Shown here: positions 57,613 through 64,000 of the stretch, in pieces
How the letters are laid out: the number at the start of each line of letters is the position of its first letter
Numbering within the stretch: the first letter of the stretch is position 1
From: Candidatus Kaiserbacteria bacterium
Lineage (GTDB): Bacteria; Patescibacteriota; Minisyncoccia; Phycocordibacterales; UBA2100
Reading direction: 5' to 3'
Length of the DNA stretch: 64,000 nucleotides
Assembly (NCBI GenBank): GCA_028286585.1
Contig: JAQBRI010000008.1
Coordinates: forward strand, 18,514-82,513
Program-made: the position numbers and the translations under genes
The notes under the pieces: model-generated
The model's database searches: none
Told to the model about the DNA's origin: nothing
What the model saw: the letters and a program-made list of their open reading frames with translations, nothing else

Positions 57613-58508
57613 TCCTTGAGCAGCTTTTCAACTGTTTGCAAAAGTTCAATTCCCTCGGACGGACTAAACCAAACTATGTCTTTGTTTCGCCTCCAGTACG
57701 TCATTTGTCTTTTTGCATACTGATAAATATCACTGGTCAGTTCCTTGGTCAGCTCCTTTCGAGTAATAATTCCTTCTAGAAAGCGCGCAAGAGAACGATA
57801 CTCGAGGCCAAGTTCATGCATACGCTTATAAGAAATCCCTTTTGTATGCAAGTGTTCTGCTTCTTTGATCATTCCTCTTTTTAAGCGTGCTACAAGACGT
57901 ATCTGAATCTTTTTTTGCAGTTCGCTTTCTGCCGGCTGAATTCCAATCCATAGGGGATTCATTGCAATCTCTATTTTTTTAACAGGCGGAGTCTTTTTGG
58001 CCGATGCAACTTCGAGTGCGCGTATGAGTCTCAGTTTGTTATTGCGCTCACTTGGTGTAGACATCATTTTTGCCCTTCGCGGATCTTTTTTTTCTAACAG
58101 TGCAAAGAGCTGCTCGACTGTTTTTTTCTCCATGAGAGTGCGAAATTTTGAGTCTGGTGGCACGTCAGGCAAGAAAACTCTTGAAGTAAGTGCATCGATA
58201 TAAAATCCAGTTCCGCCAACGACGATGGGCAGTTTGCCTTTTTGTATAATTGCCTGCATTGCCTGCTTTGCATGCGTAACAAAGTCCTGGGCAGTAAACC
58301 GCGTCCTTGGCGAGACTATGTCCAAAAGGTAATGGGGGATATTCTGCATCTCGGCTTTTGTTACCTTGCCGGTTCCAATATCCAATCCTTTGTATACCTG
58401 CCTGGAGTCGGCAGAAATAATTTCACCATTAAACCGCTTGGCAAGTTCGACCGCCAATGCACTCTTTCCGGACGCTGTTGGGCCGACGATTATGAGAATT
58501 TTATGCAT
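57609..58508 (-). CDS. miaA: tRNA dimethylallyltransferase
   Basis: GPTASGKS, SADSRQVY, VGGTGFY and YAKRQMTY motifs. Confidence 0.96.
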   Translation of the reverse strand: MHKILIIVGPTASGKSALAVELAKRFNGEIISADSRQVYKGLDIGTGKVTKAEMQNIPHYLLDIVSPRTRFTAQDFVTHAKQAMQAIIQKGKLPIVVGGTGFYIDALTSRVFLPDVPPDSKFRTLMEKKTVEQLFALLEKKDPRRAKMMSTPSERNNKLRLIRALEVASAKKTPPVKKIEIAMNPLWIGIQPAESELQKKIQIRLVARLKRGMIKEAEHLHTKGISYKRMHELGLEYRSLARFLEGIITRKELTKELTSDIYQYAKRQMTYWRRNKDIVWFSPSEGIELLQTVEKLLKD

Positions 58509-58529
58509 ACAAGTCGACTTTATCATAAA

Positions 58530-58697
58530 AGGAGGACACTCGGCCAGGCGTTCAAAATGTGTCGCCACACATTTTGCCGCACGGCCCTAGCTCGCGGTCT
58601 CGTCTGCTGACTCGACATCGCTCCGCTTTTCGAGTCTCCCAAGCACACAAAATAGTTTGTGTGCTTCCCAGCCCAAAACTCACTTCGTTCGTTTTTG
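58530..58697 (-). repeat. tRNA-linked element (copy C)
   Basis: 43-bp core at 58589-58631 identical to copies A and B; two hairpins; degenerate distal tRNA-end copy near 58530-58541. Confidence 0.85.
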
Positions 58698-58778
58698 TGC
58701 CGGGAGAGAGACTCGAACTCTCATGAGTTACCTCGAACGATTTTGAGTCGTTTGCGTCTACCATTCCGCCATCCCGGC
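58698..58778 (-). tRNA. tRNA-Leu(CAA)
   Basis: AACGA-CTCAAAA-TCGTT anticodon arm, variable arm. Confidence 0.95.
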
Positions 58779-58876
58779 CTATACTCAATACCAGTGCAGT
58801 GTATATGAACACATGCATACGTACAAGTCTCAACTTTTTTGGATGCACAAAATTCTGATGGTATACTATTTTGCAT

Positions 58877-59965
58877 ATGACAGAGCGAAACATGCAAGAT
58901 TCCATTTTTTGGGTTGAGGTTGAAAAAATCAGTCCTAATCCATATCAGCCACGCCGAGTATTTGATGAGGCAGCACTCCTTTCGCTTGCTGACTCAATCC
59001 GACAGTATGGAATTTTGCAGCCGCTTACCGTAACTCGCAAAGAAATTGAACGGCCAGGAGAGGGAATTTGGGTACAGTACGAACTGATTGCCGGCGAAAG
59101 ACGATTGCGCGCATCAAAACTAGCAGGCCTCAAAGAGGTTCCGGTTGTAATTCGTACAGCAGACGATACCGACAGAATGAAACTCGAACTCGCGATTATC
59201 GAAAATCTTCAGCGAGAAGATCTTAATGCCGTTGATCGTGCAGAAGCGTTTCAAAAACTCGCCAACGAGTTTAATCTTAAGCATGGTGAAATTGGACAAC
59301 GTGTCGGCAAGAGTCGCGAATACGTTTCAAACACGCTTCGCATTCTCATGTTGCCGCAAGAAATTCGTGACTCACTTCGAAGTGGCAATATATCCGAAGG
59401 TCATTCGCGCCCTCTTTTGATGCTCAATGATAGACCCGTTGAACAAATGGTTTTGTTTAAGGATATCGTTACTCGCCGCATTACGGTGCGTGACTCCGAA
59501 GCGCTTGCTCGTCGTATTGCAGTAGAAAAAACACGCAACAAGATTTCTCCAGATTTGATGTCACTCGAAAAGCAGCTTTCAGAAAGACTTGGCACGCGCG
59601 TTCGTATCGAAAAGAAAGAGCAGGGCGGAAAGGTGACTATCGATTATTTTTCTCCTGAAGACTTATCAGCGCTCTGTCTCAATCTTGCAACACAAGTTCC
59701 ATCGTCCCTACTTGCGCCCATTATTCCAGTAGCAGCATCTATAAGCGAAGTCTCCACTCAGCCACAAGTAGCCAGTGCTATGGACACTGTGCAGAATCAA
59801 AACGCACAAACGAATGAGATCGTTGCAGAAGCACCCGTAATCGAAACTGGTGTTGAAGTGCCGGCAGAATCCGGAGCTATCGCAGAAGCGCAGCCTGAAC
59901 AAATTCCGGAAAAGATTGATTTCGAAGATCCTACGCTCTATTCACTGGACAACTTTACCGTCTAG
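58877..59965 (+). CDS. parB: ParB/Spo0J partition protein with acidic C-terminal tail
   Basis: PNPYQPR, GILQP, IAGERRLRA and IENLQREDL motifs. Confidence 0.93.
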   Translation: MTERNMQDSIFWVEVEKISPNPYQPRRVFDEAALLSLADSIRQYGILQPLTVTRKEIERPGEGIWVQYELIAGERRLRASKLAGLKEVPVVIRTADDTDRMKLELAIIENLQREDLNAVDRAEAFQKLANEFNLKHGEIGQRVGKSREYVSNTLRILMLPQEIRDSLRSGNISEGHSRPLLMLNDRPVEQMVLFKDIVTRRITVRDSEALARRIAVEKTRNKISPDLMSLEKQLSERLGTRVRIEKKEQGGKVTIDYFSPEDLSALCLNLATQVPSSLLAPIIPVAASISEVSTQPQVASAMDTVQNQNAQTNEIVAEAPVIETGVEVPAESGAIAEAQPEQIPEKIDFEDPTLYSLDNFTV

Positions 59966-61496
59966 CTGCTTCCTGCTCTGCTAGAGCAGTACGAATAAAT
60001 TTGCGAGCCATGCTCGTTTTTGCAATTTCAAGCCACTTGAGAGATGGTTTTGCAGAAGGCTTTGTAATAATTTCAACTACATTTCCGTTTTTGAGTGTTG
60101 TCGAAAGCGAGACCATTTTGTTGTTGACTCGCACACCCGACATATGATTTCCAATTTGTGAATGCACCGCATAGGCAAAGTCGACCGGAGTCGCGTCAAT
60201 TGGCATGTCGATAGCATCACCCTTGGGAGTAAAAACAAATATTCTGTGACTAAAAAAGTCTTCTTTTAGAGTCTCAATATAATTATCTTCGGTTCGATCT
60301 TCCTCGCCGTGTGCTAGTTCGTTAATCCAATTGGGCACAGCAGAAATACCACTGTCATGGTTGTCCGTCGTCTGTTTCTTAAGCAATGGGAAAAATTGTC
60401 GTATCCACGTTATGCCCGCCTGCGGATTTTTGATTCCAAATTGACGATCCTTATAAATAAGATGCGATGCAATACCGTAGAGCGCTTCCTGATGAATTGC
60501 TTCGGTACGCAATTGCACCTCGAGTGCTCCTCCAGAACCGGTATACAAAGTTGAATGAATCGACTGGTAACCATTTGGTTTTGGGTTGGCAATATAATCC
60601 TTGATTTTGCCTGGAACGGGGCGCCAGTGTGCATGAATGATACCAAGCGCGCTATAGCAATCGGCAATCGAAGGAAATATCAAACGCAATGCAAGAATGT
60701 CATAAATTTGGGTGATATCCCACTTTTTACGCTCAAGTTTTTTGAACAGGGAATACGCTCCCTTAATACGCGCCTCGGTGCGAAAATTACGTATACCAGC
60801 TTCTCCAAGTTCTCGCTTGAGCGAATGCTCGAGTTTTTCAAGCTGTTTTTCGTCTTCGTGCTTTCGAGCGCGCAAAATCTCGCGGGTTTTTTCGTATTCT
60901 TTTGGATATGCGTATGGAAAAGCTGCGTCCTCGAGCTCTTGCTTGAGAACACTCATACCAAGTCTGTCTGCTATTGGGGCATATATTTCGAGCGTCTCTT
61001 TTGCAATACGGTCACGTTTGTCTTCGCGCGGAACGTGCGAAAGCGTACGTGCGTTATGGAGACGATCCATAAGTTTGATGATCAATACCCGAATATCCTT
61101 TGCTGTTGCGGCAAAGAGTTTGCGTAAACTTTCGGTATGGCGCTGTGTACCTTGGTATCTCAGTTTTCCAAGTTTGGTAACTCCATCAACAAGCATAAAA
61201 ACCTGGTCACCAAATTCTTTTTTAAAAACGTCTTCATCGATATGTGCGTCCTCGATGGTGTCATGGAGCAGGCCAGCTGCTATTGCCTCGGCATCGAGAC
61301 CGGCTTGCGCGAGATAAAAACCCACCTCAGCAACATGGCTAAAATACGGATCGCCCGAGAAACGCAATTGACCGGTGTGTGCTTTCTCGGCAAATTCGTA
61401 TGCACGCGTCACAAGATCAATGTCGACGGACGATTTACTGGTCATTACGTCAAGAATTTCTTTAATGGTTCGAGGCTTGACCTGTGTCATAGACAT
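59955..61496 (-). CDS. rel: RelA/SpoT (p)ppGpp synthetase/hydrolase ending after the TGS domain
   Basis: LHDTIED, DRLHN, KPNGYQSIH, EVQLRT and VFTPKGD..DFAYAVHS motifs. Confidence 0.92.
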   Translation of the reverse strand: MSMTQVKPRTIKEILDVMTSKSSVDIDLVTRAYEFAEKAHTGQLRFSGDPYFSHVAEVGFYLAQAGLDAEAIAAGLLHDTIEDAHIDEDVFKKEFGDQVFMLVDGVTKLGKLRYQGTQRHTESLRKLFAATAKDIRVLIIKLMDRLHNARTLSHVPREDKRDRIAKETLEIYAPIADRLGMSVLKQELEDAAFPYAYPKEYEKTREILRARKHEDEKQLEKLEHSLKRELGEAGIRNFRTEARIKGAYSLFKKLERKKWDITQIYDILALRLIFPSIADCYSALGIIHAHWRPVPGKIKDYIANPKPNGYQSIHSTLYTGSGGALEVQLRTEAIHQEALYGIASHLIYKDRQFGIKNPQAGITWIRQFFPLLKKQTTDNHDSGISAVPNWINELAHGEEDRTEDNYIETLKEDFFSHRIFVFTPKGDAIDMPIDATPVDFAYAVHSQIGNHMSGVRVNNKMVSLSTTLKNGNVVEIITKPSAKPSLKWLEIAKTSMARKFIRTALAEQEAARR

Positions 61497-61534
61497 ATAG
61501 TACGGTATAGATGGGAAAACCGAAAGGGAACGCC

Positions 61535-61732
61535 ATGAACGAGAAAGATGAGCAATGGCTTAAAACTGATCCCGAGGCAGAAATGAATCGGCGCGATAAG
61601 ACGGTAGAGAAAACATCTACAGAGGTGACGCGGCGATATGTGTGCATGGTTCCTGGATGTACATCTGTGGAGAAGTCGCCGGGTCCGTGCATAGCGCATC
61701 CGAGTCATGGAAATTTATCTCCGTCGTACTGA
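61535..61732 (+). CDS. Possible small Cys/His zinc-binding protein
   Basis: AAAGGGA upstream; C-x4-C-x9-C-x2-H pattern; fills the gap between rel and topA. Confidence 0.4.
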   Translation: MNEKDEQWLKTDPEAEMNRRDKTVEKTSTEVTRRYVCMVPGCTSVEKSPGPCIAHPSHGNLSPSY

Positions 61733-61765
61733 GGGAGAAACATAGTCGAGAGCGCAGAGCCTCGA

Positions 61766-63970
61766 CTATTTCATTTTATGAGGATTGTGCATTAAGCAAG
61801 TCTTGTTCGAACATCTTTCAGGAATTGTTTTTGTGCCCTCCATCATCAATGATCCGCACATGGTACAAATTTTTCCTGTCGGCTTTGCCTTGATTGCATT
61901 CTTGCATGTTGGATAATTTGAACAGCTATAAAAGATTCCAAATCGTCCGCGTCGTTCAACCATTTCACCCTTACCACAGGTTGGGCAGGTGACACCTGTT
62001 TTACTTTTTGCCTCCTCAGCTGGGTCTTTGCGCACGTATTTACATTTTGGATAATTTGAACATGCAATAAAACTGCCAAAGCGCCCGTCGCGCACTATCA
62101 ATTTGCCCGGGGTCAGTTTTTTCTTACCAACAACTTTTGGGTGTTCAGCATCTCCGCACTCTGGACACATTTCTCCCAAATCTTTTGGTGGTTCGATCTC
62201 ACTTCCATCTTCTCGACGCGCTCCGACACAATCGGGGAACTTTTTACAGCTCATAAAGCGGCCGGTTTTGGAAAGCTTGTACTCCATGTCACCCCCACAA
62301 ATAGGGCATTTAAATTCCTCGGGCACGTCACCCATACCGGTGAGTTTTGGAATATCAGCCTTTGACTTAAGTGATTTTGTAAACGGTGTATAAAACTCCT
62401 TTAGTGTTTTTGCATAATCACGATTACCAGTCGCAATTTCATCGAGCTGATCTTCCATGTCTGCAGTAAACGTATCGCTAATATAGTCTCCAAAATTATT
62501 TTCTATAAATGTTGAAACAACGTCGCCTGTTGGTGTTGGCAACAGTGTTCGGCCTTGTTTTTCTACATAGCCGCGCTCGTCCAGTGTGCGGATAATTGAT
62601 GCGTAGGTCGAAGGTCTGCCAATGCCGCGCTTTTCGAGTTCCTTAACAAGACCCGCTTCAGAATATCGTCCTGGAGGCTGAGTTTCTTTGCCTTCACTGT
62701 GTACTTCGACAAGTGAAAGCGGGTCTTTAATAGCAATTGCTGGCAATTCCACATCTTCGCCACGAGCATCTGGGTCGGCCTTGAGCCATCCATCAAAAAT
62801 GACTCGTGAACCATTCACGGTAAAATTGGGTATCGTTGCTCCGTTCACGTTTGCAGTGATTTTGGTGCGCATCACTGATGCATCGGTCATTTGTGAAGCA
62901 AGTGTTCGTGCACGAATCAAGTCATAGAGTTTTTTCTGGTCTTCGTTGTTACCAGCTGTACGCTTTGCAGAATTTGTTGGACGAACCGGTTCGTGAGCTT
63001 CTTGAGCATTCTTGCTTTTGGTTTTGTAAGCACGAGCCTCCGGGTATTTTGCTCCAAACTCATCTTTGATAACTTCGAGGAGTGCCGTCTGAGCATCTTT
63101 TGAAAGGGTTGTGGAATCTGTACGCATATAGGTAATGTATCCGCTTTCATACAGCTTTTGAGCAACACCCATCGTACGTGATGGTGAAAAGCCAAGACGT
63201 GTAGATGCCGCTTGCTGAAGTGTGGACGTAGTAAATGGCGCCTTTGGTGAGCGAGCTTGTGCAGCTGCATCCACATCCAGCACGTGCCAGTCGTGTGTTT
63301 CTGCAGTCTTTACGATCGCGTCAGCTTCTTCGGCAGATTTAGGTTCTTCGGTGCAGGTGAAAACCATCGACTCATTTTTTTTCGTTTTGAGTGTTGCTTC
63401 GATTATCCAGTATTTTTCGGGTATAAACGCACGTATTTCGCGCTCGCGTTCCATGATGATGCGAAGTGCGGGTGACTGTACGCGGCCGGCAGAAAGTCCA
63501 TAGCGTACCTTCTTCCAGACAAGGCCAGAAAGATCGTATCCAAAAAGACGATCAAGTACGCGGCGCGCTTCTTGTGCTTTGCGCAAGTCTTGGTCGATAA
63601 GGCGGGGATGCGCGAGTGCTTCTCGAACGGCCTTCTCGGTGATTTCGTGAAAAACGATGCGCTTTGGGTCATGCAGGTGAAGTGCCTGCGCCAAGTGCCA
63701 TGCAATTGCTTCGCCTTCGCGGTCGGGGTCTGTTGCAAGAATGACCTCGGTCGATTTTTTGGCCTCACGAGTAAGATCGGCAATAACAAGCTGCTTCTCT
63801 TTTACAATCTGATAGTTGGGAATAAATCCACCAGCCACGTCAACGGCGTCCTTGTTGCTTTTTGGAAGGTCGCGAACATGTCCAACTGAAGCGCGTACCG
63901 TAAAACCCTCACCGAGATATTTTTCGATGGTCTTTGCTTTTGCGGGTGATTCGACGATAACTAATTTCAT
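61766..63970 (-). CDS. topA: DNA topoisomerase I with C4 zinc ribbons
   Basis: IVESPAKA, DPDREGE, SAGRVQS, ITYMRTD and GIGRPSTY motifs. Confidence 0.98.
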   Translation of the reverse strand: MKLVIVESPAKAKTIEKYLGEGFTVRASVGHVRDLPKSNKDAVDVAGGFIPNYQIVKEKQLVIADLTREAKKSTEVILATDPDREGEAIAWHLAQALHLHDPKRIVFHEITEKAVREALAHPRLIDQDLRKAQEARRVLDRLFGYDLSGLVWKKVRYGLSAGRVQSPALRIIMEREREIRAFIPEKYWIIEATLKTKKNESMVFTCTEEPKSAEEADAIVKTAETHDWHVLDVDAAAQARSPKAPFTTSTLQQAASTRLGFSPSRTMGVAQKLYESGYITYMRTDSTTLSKDAQTALLEVIKDEFGAKYPEARAYKTKSKNAQEAHEPVRPTNSAKRTAGNNEDQKKLYDLIRARTLASQMTDASVMRTKITANVNGATIPNFTVNGSRVIFDGWLKADPDARGEDVELPAIAIKDPLSLVEVHSEGKETQPPGRYSEAGLVKELEKRGIGRPSTYASIIRTLDERGYVEKQGRTLLPTPTGDVVSTFIENNFGDYISDTFTADMEDQLDEIATGNRDYAKTLKEFYTPFTKSLKSKADIPKLTGMGDVPEEFKCPICGGDMEYKLSKTGRFMSCKKFPDCVGARREDGSEIEPPKDLGEMCPECGDAEHPKVVGKKKLTPGKLIVRDGRFGSFIACSNYPKCKYVRKDPAEEAKSKTGVTCPTCGKGEMVERRGRFGIFYSCSNYPTCKNAIKAKPTGKICTMCGSLMMEGTKTIPERCSNKTCLMHNPHKMK

Positions 63971-64000
63971 ATGGATGCAATTGATACGCTATTAGAATAC

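Noticed and set aside
1-64000. Alternative genetic code (UGA=Gly) as in Gracilibacteria/Absconditabacteria
   Set aside because: Conserved genes are intact under code 11 and TGA terminates ORFs (e.g. 14585, 34269, 37439)

Overview
This is a core chromosomal region of a reduced-genome bacterium, most consistent with Patescibacteria/CPR (Parcubacteria-like). The evidence is a short IF2, a short Rel, tandem TrbC/VirB2-type pilins and Ser/Thr-rich surface proteins; TGA is used as a stop, so the code is 11. It holds about 55 CDS (cell shape and division, translation, replication, redox, clpB, nrdAB) and 7 tRNAs. One accessory island (about 4.4-15.4 kb) carries a 2871-aa SpvB/FG-GAP/YD Rhs toxin with three extra domains inserted in the shell, an HNH-like tip and an Imm33-like immunity gene. 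It is followed by a RAYT-type HUH transposase and small orphan ORFs delimited by eight copies of a GGGGTCAGCCAC-type repeat. The most striking non-coding signal is a family of ~145-195 bp elements behind four different tRNAs. Each combines a shared core with an inverted and a direct copy of its own tRNA's 3' end. Also seen: a cobalamin-riboswitch-like leader before a class Ic-type nrdAB, several orphan promoter-terminator units (candidate sRNAs or small proteins), and pervasive leaderless gene starts. All calls come from manual motif recognition; no database searches were run.
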